64,000 nucleotides of DNA from an uncultured Actinomycetota bacterium (GCA_963753435.1 CAVWCF010000001.1:1472001-1536000); one strand, 5' to 3'; shown: positions 53,244 to 63,870, counted from the first letter of the stretch. The notes: a model not told the origin generated them from the sequence alone. Made by a program: numbers and translations.

Positions 53244-54335
53244 CTAACCAATGCCAGCGGCTGTCGGGTCTGCGGCGCGGTCCACACGCCGATATATGCC
53301 CAAGGCGAACGGTCCTTCGGTCATCCGCTGCCTGGCGAACTCCTCCGCGGCGGTCTCCGGCAGGACCCCGCGCTCGGCCGCCAGCGTGAGCACACGGGCG
53401 GTGGTCTGCCGGATGCCGGCGGCCCGCTTGCGGGCCCGTTCCATGTCGAAGCCGTGCAACTCATCGGCAACCTGGATGACCCCGCCGGAGTTCACCAGGA
53501 AGTCCGGCGCGTACAGGATCCCGCGCCCAGCCAGGCGTTCGGCCACCGCCGGTTCGGCCAGTTGGTTGTTCGCCCCGCCGCAGACCACCCCAGCCGTCAG
53601 TCGGTCAACCACGTCTGCGGTGAGCGCGCCGCCCATGGCGCAGGGGGAGAACACGTCCAGGTCCGCATCCGGCAGCCCTTCTGGGTCGGCCAGCACCTCG
53701 ACCTGAGGGTGATCGGCCGCCACGGCTTGGGCGGCCGCGGGATTCAGGTCGGTGAGCACAACGCTGGCCCCGTCGCCAGCCAGGTGTCCGGCCAGCCGGC
53801 GCCCCACCTTGCCGGCGCCGAGGATGCCGACGCGTCGGCCGGCGAGGCTGGGCCGTCCCCAAAGGTGCTCCGCACACGCCAGCATGGCCTGGAAGACACC
53901 AAACGCGGTCAGGATCCCGGAGTCGCCGGATCCGCCGCGGCCGGGGGAGCGACCGGTGACGAACGGCGTCTGCGTGGCCACCTCGTCCATGTCTTGCACG
54001 TAGGTCCCGACGTCGCACGCGGTCACGTAGCGGCCGCCGAGGGCGTCGACGAACTTGCCGTACGCGGCCAGCAACTGCGGTGTCTTGTCGGTGCTTGGGT
54101 CGGCGATGATCACGGCTTTGCCGCCGCCATGGTCCAGCCCGGCGAGGGCGTTCTTGTAGCTCATGGCCTCGGACAACCGCAGCACGTCGGCCAGGGCTGC
54201 ATCTTCATCCGGGTAGGGGTAGCAGCGAGTGCCGCCCAACGCCGGGCCGAGAGCCGTGGAGTGGATCGCGATGATGGCGCGCAGACCCGTCTGCCGGTCG
54301 TGGCAGTGGACGACCTGTTCGTGTGTCGCGGGCAC
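53244..54335 (-). CDS. Glu/Leu/Phe/Val dehydrogenase (valine/leucine dehydrogenase)
   Basis: [37 protein letters not shown]. Confidence 0.93.
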   Translation of the reverse strand: MPATHEQVVHCHDRQTGLRAIIAIHSTALGPALGGTRCYPYPDEDAALADVLRLSEAMSYKNALAGLDHGGGKAVIIADPSTDKTPQLLAAYGKFVDALGGRYVTACDVGTYVQDMDEVATQTPFVTGRSPGRGGSGDSGILTAFGVFQAMLACAEHLWGRPSLAGRRVGILGAGKVGRRLAGHLAGDGASVVLTDLNPAAAQAVAADHPQVEVLADPEGLPDADLDVFSPCAMGGALTADVVDRLTAGVVCGGANNQLAEPAVAERLAGRGILYAPDFLVNSGGVIQVADELHGFDMERARKRAAGIRQTTARVLTLAAERGVLPETAAEEFARQRMTEGPFALGIYRRVDRAADPTAAGIG

Positions 54336-54496
54336 ACGGTCATCCTGGCAGTCCGGGGACGGCGCAGCCGTCGCACCCGCGAACCGGCCAATCGGGTGGC
54401 GCGGATCACCCCAATTCCGACAAGATGGGCAGGCGACGCTCGGGCGGTCCGCGGACCGCCCCGTGACTTACCCGATGGTGCTGGGAAGGCGAGACG

Positions 54497-54709
54497 ATGA
54501 CGAAGCGGCCGACGATCGACCCCGAGCCGTTGTTGACTCCGGCGGAGGTGGCTGCGCTGTTCCGCGTCGACCCCAAGACCGTCACCCGCTGGGCCAAGGC
54601 GGGCAAGCTCACCGCCATCCGCACGCTGGGCGGCCACCGCCGCTACCGGGAGTCTGAGGTGCGCGAACTGCTGGACGGCATCCCGCGCCAATCCGGTCCC
54701 CGGGACTGA
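54497..54709 (+). CDS. bldC: BldC family MerR-like regulator
   Basis: LLTPAEVAALFRVDPKTVTRWAKAGKL...RTLGGHRRYRESEV. Confidence 0.95.
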   Translation: MTKRPTIDPEPLLTPAEVAALFRVDPKTVTRWAKAGKLTAIRTLGGHRRYRESEVRELLDGIPRQSGPRD

Positions 54710-54743
54710 GCGCCCCTAACCGCGGGGCTGGTCGCCAGCCCGT

Positions 54744-55733
54744 CTAGTTGGGGCGGCAGGAGACCAGGATCTTGCCCGAACGCCCGCCGCGCGCAGCGTG
54801 CGCCACGGCCTCCTTGATCCTGGTCAGTGGGTAGATCTCCTCGACCCCAACGACGAGGGCACCGTCGGCGAGTCTTGATGCCAGCCGCCGATAGGTGGCG
54901 GCGATTTCCTGCGGCGGTGTCTGCGCGAACCAGCGTCGCAACCAGAAGCCGGTGACGGTCACGCCGCGGAAGATCAATTCGCGGCCGTCGATCACCGATG
55001 ACTCGCCACTCAGAATTCCGTAGTTCACAACGGTGCCGCCATCGGTCAGACAACGTGCCAGGCGCTGAGTGGCCGCGCCCCCGACTGCGTCGAGCGCCAG
55101 CGGCACGGTGCCCTCGCCGATCTCATCGCGCACGCGAGCCGCCAGATCCGGTCCATCGAGAACCACGACGTCGGCCCCTGCAGCGCGTAGCGGCTCGACG
55201 AGTTCCGGCCTGCGGACCACGTTGATGCTCCTCATGCCGATCTCGCGGGCGAGTTCGACGACCAGTCGCCCCACACCGGAGTTCGCGGCGTTCTGCACCA
55301 CCCAATGACCGGGCTCAGGAGCGACGTACTGGTGCAGCATCAAGTAGGCGGTGGGCGGATTGACCCGCAGCATGGCGAGCTGGCGAGGGTCGACCCCGGT
55401 GGGTAGCGCAAACAGGGAAGCGGCGTTGCAGACCACCCGTTCTCGCCACGCACCGGGCCCGGGCAGCAGCACCCGATCCCCGGGCTGCAGGTGCGTCACG
55501 CCAGGTCCGACCGTGGCTACCAGCCCGACACCTTCGGTGCCCACCAGCATCGGCAGCGCCGGCGGAGTCGCGCCGTAGTTGCCCGCCAGGTTCTCCAGGT
55601 CAGCCGGATTGATCGGGAAGAGTTCCGCCGTGATCAGCACCTCGCCGGCACCGGGCGGCCCCGGATCGGGCTGCTCGACGAGCTCGATCACGTCGTCGGC
55701 TCTACCGAACCTCGACACCTGAGCAACCAGCAC
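54744..55733 (-). CDS. MDR oxidoreductase (trans-2-enoyl-CoA reductase-like)
   Basis: PINPADL, GTEGVG, RVNPPTA, QNAANSGVG, NYGILSG. Confidence 0.85.
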   Translation of the reverse strand: MLVAQVSRFGRADDVIELVEQPDPGPPGAGEVLITAELFPINPADLENLAGNYGATPPALPMLVGTEGVGLVATVGPGVTHLQPGDRVLLPGPGAWRERVVCNAASLFALPTGVDPRQLAMLRVNPPTAYLMLHQYVAPEPGHWVVQNAANSGVGRLVVELAREIGMRSINVVRRPELVEPLRAAGADVVVLDGPDLAARVRDEIGEGTVPLALDAVGGAATQRLARCLTDGGTVVNYGILSGESSVIDGRELIFRGVTVTGFWLRRWFAQTPPQEIAATYRRLASRLADGALVVGVEEIYPLTRIKEAVAHAARGGRSGKILVSCRPN

Positions 55734-55767
55734 CGCTGCCTCCGCAAGACGTGCCGGGATCCAACTT

Positions 55768-55844
55768 TGGTGGGCAGGGGCGGGGTCGAACCGCCGACCT
55801 TCCGCTTTTCAGGCGGACGCTCGTACCAACTGAGCTACCTGCCC
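55768..55844 (-). tRNA. tRNA-Phe(GAA)
   Basis: Reverse complement GGGCAGGTAGCTCAGTTGG...TCCGC-CTGAAAA-GCGGA...GTTCGAC...CCA. Confidence 0.97.
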
Positions 55845-55866
55845 GCTGGCCACCTGGGTGGCCTAG

Positions 55867-55940
55867 CGACCCCGACGGGACTCGAACCCGCGACCTCCGC
55901 CGTGACAGGGCGGCGCGCTAACCAACTGCGCTACGGGGCC
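55867..55940 (-). tRNA. tRNA-Asp(GTC)
   Basis: Reverse complement GGCCCCGTAGCGCAGTTGG...CCGCC-CTGTCAC-GGCGG...GTTCGAG; CCA not encoded. Confidence 0.97.
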
Positions 55941-56027
55941 AGGGTGGTGCTTTGTTCCTGATGGTGCTGTGTTGCGAATACTGCAGCGTTGCGGGCGTTG
56001 CCGACTTGCCGGTGGTGCGGTCTTGCG

Positions 56028-56100
56028 TGCCCCCAACGGGATTCGAACCCGTGCTACCGCCTTGAAAGGGCGGCGTCCTAGGCCGCTAGACGATGGGGGC
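56028..56100 (-). tRNA. tRNA-Glu(TTC)
   Basis: Reverse complement GCCCCCATCGTCTAGCGG...CCGCC-CTTTCAA-GGCGG...GTTCGAAT. Confidence 0.97.
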
Positions 56101-56206
56101 GCGGATCCTGCCAGAAGCGAGCCCTGAGTGTACGGGACGGCCCGGTCAACCCCAAACGCCAGCCCAACCTCAGCGACCGACCCAACCCGAACGGCAGGAT
56201 GACCCC

Positions 56207-56554
56207 GTGCTCAACGTCGATTCCGCCCAGTTCGAGGATCTCGTCGCCGAGGCCCTTGATGGGGTGCCGGCGGATCTGGCCGGGGTGATGTCCAACGTGG
56301 TCGTGCTGGTCGCCGACCAGCATGCCGACGAGGCCGACCTGCTCGGCCTGTACGAAGGCGTCCCACTCACCGAGCGCGGCAGTTGGTACTCCGGCGTGCT
56401 GCCGGACACCATCACCATCTACCGGCTGCCGATCCTGAGCCGGTGCGCCACCGAAGCCGACGTCGTCAGCGAGGTGCGCATCACGGTGGTCCATGAGATC
56501 GCCCACCACTTCGGCATCGACGATGATCGGCTGCACGAACTCGGGTGGGGCTGA
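56207..56554 (+). CDS. Zincin-like metallopeptidase family protein
   Basis: LLGLYEGVPL, PDTITIYR, HEIAHHFG. Confidence 0.9.
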   Translation: MLNVDSAQFEDLVAEALDGVPADLAGVMSNVVVLVADQHADEADLLGLYEGVPLTERGSWYSGVLPDTITIYRLPILSRCATEADVVSEVRITVVHEIAHHFGIDDDRLHELGWG

Positions 56555-56591
56555 CCGCTAAGGGGTCACGGTCAGCCCCGGTGTCCCCCCG

Positions 56592-57791
56592 TCAGTTGTG
56601 CAGCGTCACCACCCTCCGGTCATCGCCCATGGGTGCGAACTCCAGGGCGGCGGGGTGCTCGACAAGCAGTACGTCCAGCACCGACCCGCGGATGCCGTCG
56701 GGGTCTTGACCCATGGCTAGGGCGAACGCGGGGTTGGCGTCCAGCACCTGGGTGGTGGAGTCCACGATGGCCAGCGGCAGCGGATCGGCCAGGAACGCGG
56801 CGTGGTAGTCATCCCCGCTAAGCAGGGCGACCTCCGGTGCACCGGCGGCAACCGCTTCACGCTCGCGGACTTCGGCCGGACGCAGTCGCCAGGCCAAACC
56901 GGCGCCGCCGAGCAGCAACAGCCCGGCCAGCAGGATCGCAAAGGGTGCCCCGGAGCCGTCGGTCACGTCGGTGATGAACCGCACGACCAGCGAAACCGTT
57001 GCGACCAGTCCAACTGCGACCAGCGGCCAGTCACGCAGCCGCACGTAGGCGGCGAAGCAGCCCACCGCCAGGATCGCCAGCAGCGCGTAGACCCACGTCG
57101 CGGCTTCCGCCCCGGCGCCGACCCCGTCCTCGGTGTAGGTGACCGCGCTGATCGCGGCGAAGTAGGCCACGGTCAAGCCGGCCCCCAGGCTGAGGGTCCG
57201 GTGCTTTAGCCAGCCAAGGGCGGCGAAACTGGCCCAAATAGCCGCCAGGGCGAACACCGCAACCGCTCCGTACGGTTCGGTGATCTCGACGTAGGCGCTG
57301 AGGGAGAGCAGCGATGCCAAGCCCGCACCGGGTACCGCCAGTTCGGCCAGTGACGTGGGTATCAGCAGCCAGCCGATGGTGGCGATGACGAGAGCGGTCA
57401 GCGCGGCGGGCAGTACGGCCCGACCGTCTGCCAGGGTGTCCGCGGCCCACACGCCGACGGACAGCGCAGCGGCCAGCGCACCGCCGGTGAGCAGGGTGCT
57501 GGCCAGGCGACGGCGGATCGCGTGCTCTGCTTCGCGCAGTGCCGAGACCTGGTCCCGCCAGTCAGTGGTCCAGAACCCGCCGACCGTGAGGCCAGCCACC
57601 AGCAGGACGACGGCGATGCCGGCCAGGATGCCCACTTGTGCGGTGAGCGTGAGGTCCGGCCAAGCCTGCGCCAGAACGAGGATGGCCGCGGCGATGACGA
57701 GGCCGGCTCCGGCGTAGGCGACAACTTCAGCCAATCGATTCCGAAGGCTCGAACCTGTGTGCGGGGGAGCCCGGTGTTGCAGCGTGCTCAT
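56592..57791 (-). CDS. Polytopic membrane protein (DUF2157-like) with a C-terminal PAS-like domain
   Basis: AEVVAYAGAGL, about 10 TM segments, then AFLADPLPLAIVD...DANPAF...G. Confidence 0.65.
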   Translation of the reverse strand: MSTLQHRAPPHTGSSLRNRLAEVVAYAGAGLVIAAAILVLAQAWPDLTLTAQVGILAGIAVVLLVAGLTVGGFWTTDWRDQVSALREAEHAIRRRLASTLLTGGALAAALSVGVWAADTLADGRAVLPAALTALVIATIGWLLIPTSLAELAVPGAGLASLLSLSAYVEITEPYGAVAVFALAAIWASFAALGWLKHRTLSLGAGLTVAYFAAISAVTYTEDGVGAGAEAATWVYALLAILAVGCFAAYVRLRDWPLVAVGLVATVSLVVRFITDVTDGSGAPFAILLAGLLLLGGAGLAWRLRPAEVREREAVAAGAPEVALLSGDDYHAAFLADPLPLAIVDSTTQVLDANPAFALAMGQDPDGIRGSVLDVLLVEHPAALEFAPMGDDRRVVTLHN

Positions 57792-57858
57792 GACGACCTC
57801 CTTGGGTCGACGACTCCACGATGCGCCCGCGCCGGGCAGGCGTTTAGGGCCGAACGTC

Positions 57859-59010
57859 CTAGCGCAGGACTGACTGGTAGACGGCCACAGTCTTTGCCGC
57901 TACGGCGTCCCAGCCGAACGCCTCAACGGCCCGAGCGCGCCCGGCGATTCCCATGGTTCGGGCCAGGTCGGCGTCGGTCAGCAGCGCGTTCAGCTCTTTG
58001 GCCAGATTCGCCTCGAACACCTCGGCATCAGGGTCGTATTCGACGAGGGTCCCGGTCACCGCATCGTCCACGACCTCGGGGATGCCGCCCACGGCGCTGG
58101 CGACGACCGGCGTGCCGCAGGCCATCGCTTCCAGGTTCACCAGGCCCATGGGCTCGTAGACGCTGGGGCAGGCGAACACGGTCGCGTGCGTCAACAGCTG
58201 CACCACGTCGCGTCTGGGCAGGGCGTCCGGCAGCCAGTGCACGTTGTCGCGACGGCGCTGCAGATCCCGGACCTCGGCCGTTACCTGCCTACCCAGTTCG
58301 GGGGTGTCGGGCGCGTTGGCCACGAGTACGACCTGGGCGTCGGCAGTCAGGTCCGCGGCTGCTCGAAGCAGGTGGCTCATGCCCTTCTGCGGGGTGATGC
58401 GCCCGACGAACAAGACGTAGGGCTGCGCCGGGTCGATGCCATGACGCACCAGCACGTCGGTGTTGGGATCCGGGGCGAAGGCGTCGGTGTCGATGCCGTT
58501 TCGCACCACGTGGACCTGGTTGGGGTCGAGGAACGGGTAGACCGCCAGCACGTCGTCGCGCATGCCGTCGCTGACGGCGATGACCGCTGCTGCCGACTCG
58601 TACGCAGTGCGCTCCGCCCACTGGGAGACGTCGTATCCGTTGCCCAGTTGCTGCCGTTTCCACGGTCGGCGCGGTTCCAAGGAGTGCGCGGTGAGCACGT
58701 GCGGGATGCCCTGCAGCAGGCCAGCCAAGTGACCGGCGTAGTTGGCGTACCAGGTGTGCGAGTGGACCACGTCGACCGCGCCAAGACTGGCCGCCATGTC
58801 GACGTCAACCCCAAGTGCCTGCACGGCGAAGTTGGCTCGCCGCAGCGACTCCGGTACCGCGTGCGCGACGGCATCAAGTCGAGGTGCCCCGAAACAATGC
58901 ACTTCGACGTCGACCAGTCCGAGTAGGTGGCGAACCAGATGCTCCGCGTGCACGCCGGCTCCGCCGTACACCTCCGGCGGGTACTCCCGGGTCAGCAGTC
59001 CGACGCGCAT
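57859..59010 (-). CDS. glgA: GT4 glycosyltransferase GlgM (actinobacterial GlgA; alpha-maltose-1-phosphate synthase)
   Basis: [42 protein letters not shown]. Confidence 0.92.
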   Translation of the reverse strand: MRVGLLTREYPPEVYGGAGVHAEHLVRHLLGLVDVEVHCFGAPRLDAVAHAVPESLRRANFAVQALGVDVDMAASLGAVDVVHSHTWYANYAGHLAGLLQGIPHVLTAHSLEPRRPWKRQQLGNGYDVSQWAERTAYESAAAVIAVSDGMRDDVLAVYPFLDPNQVHVVRNGIDTDAFAPDPNTDVLVRHGIDPAQPYVLFVGRITPQKGMSHLLRAAADLTADAQVVLVANAPDTPELGRQVTAEVRDLQRRRDNVHWLPDALPRRDVVQLLTHATVFACPSVYEPMGLVNLEAMACGTPVVASAVGGIPEVVDDAVTGTLVEYDPDAEVFEANLAKELNALLTDADLARTMGIAGRARAVEAFGWDAVAAKTVAVYQSVLR

Positions 59011-59080
59011 CTGTTCACTGTAGGCAGTCGCCGGTCGCACCGTTGCGCGACGTCACAGGCAACGGCACCAACTCCGGGCG

Positions 59081-60115
59081 CTACTCGGTGAAGAAGGTGC
59101 CCGCGCCGTCCACGGCCACACCGACCCGGTCGCCGATGTGGACTGACGGAGCGCCCAGCACTCGCACGCACAGCATCGACCCGTCGGCCAGTTGTAGCGA
59201 GACGAGGGCGTCGTGACCGTGGTAGGTCGTGGCGGTGACGGTGGCGTCTGCCGCCCGCGCGGTGTCCGTACCGTTGCTGACCAGCCGGAACTGTTCGGGG
59301 CGCAGGACCACGACGCCGTCCCCGGAAGCGGTCGCGCGGACCGGGATCGATCCCAGGGTGCAAGTCACCTCACCCGAACTGGTCGATGTTGCCGGCAGCA
59401 CCACCGACTCGCCCACGAACCGGGCAACGCCGAGGTCGGCGGGGTTGTTGTAGATCTCGTCCGGGGTGCCGACTTGAACCAACCGGCCATCGCGGATGAC
59501 GGCCACGAGGTCGGCGATGCTCAGCGCCTCTTCCTGGTCGTGCGTGACGAGCACGCCGGTGGCGCCGTCGGCCCGAAGCGCGGTGCGGACGTCGTTGCGC
59601 ACGCTGCCACGCAGCGTGGTGTCCAGGGCGCTGAAGGGTTCGTCAAGCAGTACCAACGCCGGCCGTGGCGCCAGGGCCCGGGCGACGGCCACCCGCTGCT
59701 GCATGCCGCCGGACAGTTCATCCGGCCGCAAGCGCTCCGAACCCGGCAGCCCGACCAGGTCGAGCAGTTCAGCGACGCGGTCGCTGCGCCTTCCGGCGCG
59801 GTCCAGACCGAACGCCACGTTGCCGGCCACGTCCAGGTGTGGGAACAGCGCACCTTCTTGTGGGACCAGGCCGACGTGACGCTTCTCCGGCGGCACCCAG
59901 TTGCCGGCCCCGGCGACGATTCGGCCGCCCAACGCGATGGTTCCGGCCAACGGTGTGAGGAACCCGGCGATGGCGCGCAGTAGCGAGGTCTTGCCGCAGC
60001 CGCTGGGCCCGAGAACGGCAACCAGGGTGCCTTCGGGCACGGTGAGGTCCACGTCACGTAGTACCGGCGGGCCGCCGTAGCCGAGGCTCAGGCCCTCGAT
60101 GTGCAACTTGCTCAT
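59081..60115 (-). CDS. Fe3+ ABC transporter ATP-binding protein
   Basis: GPSGCGKT, LFPHL, LSGGMQQR, LDEPF, C-terminal TOBE-like region. Start ATG 60115. Confidence 0.92.
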   Translation of the reverse strand: MSKLHIEGLSLGYGGPPVLRDVDLTVPEGTLVAVLGPSGCGKTSLLRAIAGFLTPLAGTIALGGRIVAGAGNWVPPEKRHVGLVPQEGALFPHLDVAGNVAFGLDRAGRRSDRVAELLDLVGLPGSERLRPDELSGGMQQRVAVARALAPRPALVLLDEPFSALDTTLRGSVRNDVRTALRADGATGVLVTHDQEEALSIADLVAVIRDGRLVQVGTPDEIYNNPADLGVARFVGESVVLPATSTSSGEVTCTLGSIPVRATASGDGVVVLRPEQFRLVSNGTDTARAADATVTATTYHGHDALVSLQLADGSMLCVRVLGAPSVHIGDRVGVAVDGAGTFFTE

Positions 60116-61689
60116 CCGCGCACCACCGCCGGGTCGGCGGCGTCGGGCGCCAGCGCCCGCGACAGCCACCACGCCGGCAACGCCGCCACGAGCACCAGGA
60201 CGAGCGCGAATGGCGCCACCTCGGAGTAGGCGGCGATCTCGGTTCGGGTCCACACCTCGGTGGCGAGGGTGTCCATGCCAGTGGGGCGCAGCATCAGCGT
60301 GGCCGGTAGCTCCTTCATCGCGGTGAGGAGCACCAGCGTGCCCCCGGCGGCCACCCCGGGCCAAGCCACGGGCAGCGTCACCGTGCGCCAGGTGGTGAAC
60401 GGTCCCCGGCCAAGGGACCGGCCGACCTGCTCCAGCACCGGCGGCACCGCCGCAACAGCGGACCGGACGGACCCGGCGGCGTTTGGCAGGAACAGGACCG
60501 CGTAGGCGAAACCGACCATGAACACGGTTTGGTAGAGACCGGGGGCCACGGCCAGGCCCACGAACACCAGGGCCAGGCCGACGACCACCCCGGGTAAGGC
60601 GTGCCCGATGTACGCGCCGGACTCGATCGCCTGCGCCCATCGGTCTCGGTAGCGAGCGGCCAGCACGCCCACTGGTACGGCCAGCACCAGCGCCATCACG
60701 GCGCCGATCGCGGAGACGCCGGCCGTGGCGAGGGTGGAAGCGAGGAGTTCGCCCGGCTCCAGGCCGGACAGTCCCCGCGTCGCGGTGAAACCGATCATGA
60801 CTCCGAAGGGGACCCCCAGCGCGAGCAAGCTGAGCCCGCCCAACCAAACCTGGGCCGGTACCTGCCACTGCTGCAGGGACACCACCTCGGGGGCGCGGTT
60901 CGCTCCGGAGCCGACCCGGTGTCGCCGGGCCCGGCCGCGCGCCCGCTGCTCGGCCAGCACCAGCACCAAGGCGAGTAGAACCAGGACGATGCTGAGGACC
61001 GCGGCCGCGGTGCGGTCGAACGATGCCCGGTAGGACGCGTAGATGACCCGGGTGAAGGCGTCGTAGCGCAGGGTCGAAACCGCGCCGAAGTCGCTGAGCA
61101 CGTACAGCGCCACCAGCAGCGAGCCGGCTGCGGCGGCCGGGGTCACCTGCGGCAGCGTCGCCCGCCGGAACGCCTCCCACCGGTTGCGGCCCAGGGATCG
61201 GGCGACCTCCTCGACCGCCGGGTCGGCGCTGCGCAGCGCAGCCGCGACCGGCAGCACCACGTATGGGGTGGAAACGACGGTCAGCACCAGGAAGGAGGCC
61301 CAGAAGCCACTGAAGCCGGGGAAGAGGGCCACCCATGCGTAGGCGGCTACGAACGACGGCACGGCCAGCGGCAGCGCGACCAGCACGGCCCAGACACGGC
61401 GTCCGCGCAGATTGGATCGGGTCACCAGCCAGGCGGTCGGCACCCCGATCACGACGCAGGCGGCCGCGACGGCCACCGCCAGGCCCATGCTGCGCACTGC
61501 GGTTTCCCAGGTGCGCGGGCGCGCCAGCACCTCCCAGACTGCGGCCCAGCCGGCGTCGACGGTTCGAACCGCCAGGTACAGCAACGGCAGCAGCGCGATT
61601 ACCGCTGCGAGCGCGGCAACCGCGTGCAACGGCGTGAGGCCGCGGCGCAGCGGCACCGCAGCCTCGGCGCGCGTCGCCGTGAGGCTCAC
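60112..61689 (-). CDS. Fe3+ ABC transporter permease (fused duplicate)
   Basis: Two EAA-like loops (EEVARSLG, EQVGRSLG), LSDFG, MKELPATL. Confidence 0.92.
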   Translation of the reverse strand: MSLTATRAEAAVPLRRGLTPLHAVAALAAVIALLPLLYLAVRTVDAGWAAVWEVLARPRTWETAVRSMGLAVAVAAACVVIGVPTAWLVTRSNLRGRRVWAVLVALPLAVPSFVAAYAWVALFPGFSGFWASFLVLTVVSTPYVVLPVAAALRSADPAVEEVARSLGRNRWEAFRRATLPQVTPAAAAGSLLVALYVLSDFGAVSTLRYDAFTRVIYASYRASFDRTAAAVLSIVLVLLALVLVLAEQRARGRARRHRVGSGANRAPEVVSLQQWQVPAQVWLGGLSLLALGVPFGVMIGFTATRGLSGLEPGELLASTLATAGVSAIGAVMALVLAVPVGVLAARYRDRWAQAIESGAYIGHALPGVVVGLALVFVGLAVAPGLYQTVFMVGFAYAVLFLPNAAGSVRSAVAAVPPVLEQVGRSLGRGPFTTWRTVTLPVAWPGVAAGGTLVLLTAMKELPATLMLRPTGMDTLATEVWTRTEIAAYSEVAPFALVLVLVAALPAWWLSRALAPDAADPAVVRG

Positions 61690-62690
61690 TAGATGAGTCC
61701 GACTCTCTGCAGCATCGCCTGCGTCTCGGCCAGGGAGTCGAGGTCGTTGAGTGCGACGTCGGGGCCCTGTAGGTCGGACAGCGCCGGCAGGCCATCAGCC
61801 GGCGGCACCTCATCGATTAGTGGGTACTCGAACGTCGTGGTGGCGAAGTACTCCTGGGCTTCGGCCTGCAGTAGGTAGTCCACCAAGGCGGCAGCGTCGG
61901 GGTTCTCGGCGTCCACGATGCCGACGCCGGAGACATTCACCAAGGTGCCCGGGTCGCCGGGGTCGGTGAAGGCGATCTGCGCGTTCAGGGCGTCCTCGCC
62001 CCGCTCGGCGGCCGCTTCGTACCAGTAGTAGTGGTTGATGAGCCCCAGTTGGATCTCGCCGCGGTCGACCGCGTCGAGGATCGGCACGTTGCTTTCGTAG
62101 GACTTGGCACCGTTGGCCTGGATGTCGGTCAGCCATTGCTCGGCGACGTCCTCGCCTTCGGCGAGCCGCATGGCGGTCACGAAGGTTTGGAACGAAGCGT
62201 TGTTCGGTGCGATCCCGACCTGGCCCTGCCACTTCGGGTCGGTTAGGTCGAACACGCTGCCGGGGACGTCGCCCTCGGCGAGTTGGCTGGAGTCGTAGGC
62301 GATCACCCGGGCGCGGCCGGTGACGCCGACCCAGTCGTCGTTGCTGCCCCGGTACTCCGCATCCACCCGGTCGAGCACGTCGGCGGCGATCGGGGCGAGG
62401 AGCCCGGCGTCGCTGACGGCGCCGAGCGCACCAGCGTCCTGGGACAGGAACACCGCGGCCGGGCTGGAGTCGCCCTCTTCCTGCAGCAGGGCCGCCAGCT
62501 CGGCGGTGCCGCCGTAGCGGACGGTCACCTTGATCCCGGTGTCCTCGGTGAACTGCTCAAACAGCGGACCCACGAGGCCTTCGGCGCGCCCGGAGTAGAT
62601 CACCAAGCCGTCGTCGGAGGAGCACGCAGTAAGGGGGAACGCGAGGCTGACCACGGCGACGGCGGCAAGCAGCGGACGGGGAAGACGCAT
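61689..62690 (-). CDS. Fe3+ ABC transporter substrate-binding lipoprotein (FbpA/FutA-like)
   Basis: Lipobox PLTAC, IYSGR, TGRARV, LINHYYW. Confidence 0.92.
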   Translation of the reverse strand: MRLPRPLLAAVAVVSLAFPLTACSSDDGLVIYSGRAEGLVGPLFEQFTEDTGIKVTVRYGGTAELAALLQEEGDSSPAAVFLSQDAGALGAVSDAGLLAPIAADVLDRVDAEYRGSNDDWVGVTGRARVIAYDSSQLAEGDVPGSVFDLTDPKWQGQVGIAPNNASFQTFVTAMRLAEGEDVAEQWLTDIQANGAKSYESNVPILDAVDRGEIQLGLINHYYWYEAAAERGEDALNAQIAFTDPGDPGTLVNVSGVGIVDAENPDAAALVDYLLQAEAQEYFATTTFEYPLIDEVPPADGLPALSDLQGPDVALNDLDSLAETQAMLQRVGLI

Positions 62691-62707
62691 CAAGAACTCC
62701 ATTCAGG

Positions 62708-62784
62708 TTAGGTAAGGCTAACCTGAACCAAGGAGCGATTATCGAACCAGGGCCCATGGTCCCGTTTAGGTAAGCCTTTCCTCC
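62708..62784. promoter_or_regulatory. Two IdeR/DtxR iron boxes
   Basis: TTAGGTAAGGCTAACCTGA (62708-62726, 17/19) and TTAGGTAAGCCTTTCCTCC (62766-62784, 14/19) versus TTAGGTTAG(G/C)CTAACCTAA. Confidence 0.85.
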
Positions 62785-62889
62785 CATCTGCGTGCTCGCA
62801 TGCAAACGGCCGCCGGTCGGTGGGGTACCAACCGGCGGCCGTTGCCTGCCGCGTTAGCGCGGAGCTGTGACTCATCTCGTCACCGAGGC

Positions 62890-63267
62890 TCAGCTGAGAG
62901 CCTTCGTCTTGAGCCGGTCGAACTCCTCCGGAGAGATCGCGCCGCTGTCGAGCAGCGACTTGGCCTGCGCGATCTGATCCGTCGGTGAAGCCGAGCCCGC
63001 TACGTCGCGGATGTAGGCGTTTTGCGCCTTCTGTATCTCCGCCATTTCCTTCATGCGGCGTTCGGACATGCCTTTGCCGCGCACGATCAGGTAGATGAGC
63101 GCGGTGATCCAAGTGAAGAAGATCAGCGCGATCGTCCAGATCGCCTTGCCCCAGCCGGATACGTCCGGGTCCCGGAACAGGTCCGTGATGATGCTGAAGA
63201 AGATCATCAAGAACATGATCAGGAAGAAGACGTATAACGCCCAAAGCAAAAAGTCGCCGAAGTCCAT
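62890..63267 (-). CDS. PLDc_N plus SHOCT domain membrane protein
   Basis: DLFRDPDVSGWGKAIW, LIYLIVRG, AKSLLDSGAISPEEFDRLK. Confidence 0.88.
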   Translation of the reverse strand: MDFGDFLLWALYVFFLIMFLMIFFSIITDLFRDPDVSGWGKAIWTIALIFFTWITALIYLIVRGKGMSERRMKEMAEIQKAQNAYIRDVAGSASPTDQIAQAKSLLDSGAISPEEFDRLKTKALS

Positions 63268-63327
63268 TTCGGTCCTTTCTCGATTGAGCGAAATCTATCG
63301 CGGTTGTTGAAACTTGCACGTCAGGCG

Positions 63328-63870
63328 CTAGGAACTGTGTGAGTGACCGGTGTGGCCGTCTCCCTCCCCGGATGCCATAACCATCGTCTGCGCGGCGACC
63401 GGTTCACCGTCGACGGCGTAGGTGGTGTGGTCGTTGGCCGAAAGCGACACCATCACCATGTGCTCACCGGCGGTCAGAGCCGTGGCCGGCAGGTAGAACC
63501 ACTCCCCGTAAACCCGCGTGTACTTCTTCCCGTCGATCATCAGGTGCGCGTGGCCCTCTCCGGGCTTGGCTTCGGCGGAGGCATGTTGCGGAGCCCAGGT
63601 GAAGTTGGCCGTTTCGATGCGGACATTCCAGCCGGCCTTGGCGTCTTCGGTCACCTCCAGACTTACCTCGGGGGCGTCTTCGGCGGGCACTTGGCGCAGT
63701 TGGTGGCCGGTCTGGTCGATGAGGTCCAATACCTCCCCGTTGCTGGCCGCCGGTGCTTCTTCAACGGGAGTGGTCACGGTGCTTGCGGGTTCTCCGGCGC
63801 AGCCGGAAACGATCAGGGCGAGGGCCGCGATGACCGCGGCGCCGATCGCGCGCGTGCTTGTTTTGGACAC
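63328..63870 (-). CDS. His-rich hypothetical lipoprotein (possible metal binding)
   Basis: Lipobox IVSGC, GEGHAHLMIDG, ANDH, C-terminal GHTGHSH; GAAAGG RBS. Confidence 0.75.
   Translation of the reverse strand: MSKTSTRAIGAAVIAALALIVSGCAGEPASTVTTPVEEAPAASNGEVLDLIDQTGHQLRQVPAEDAPEVSLEVTEDAKAGWNVRIETANFTWAPQHASAEAKPGEGHAHLMIDGKKYTRVYGEWFYLPATALTAGEHMVMVSLSANDHTTYAVDGEPVAAQTMVMASGEGDGHTGHSHSS

Noticed and set aside
59081-61813. 910-aa ORF suggesting a giant ABC fusion
   Set aside because: The ATPase starts at ATG 60115; the upstream portion is an alternative frame over the permease
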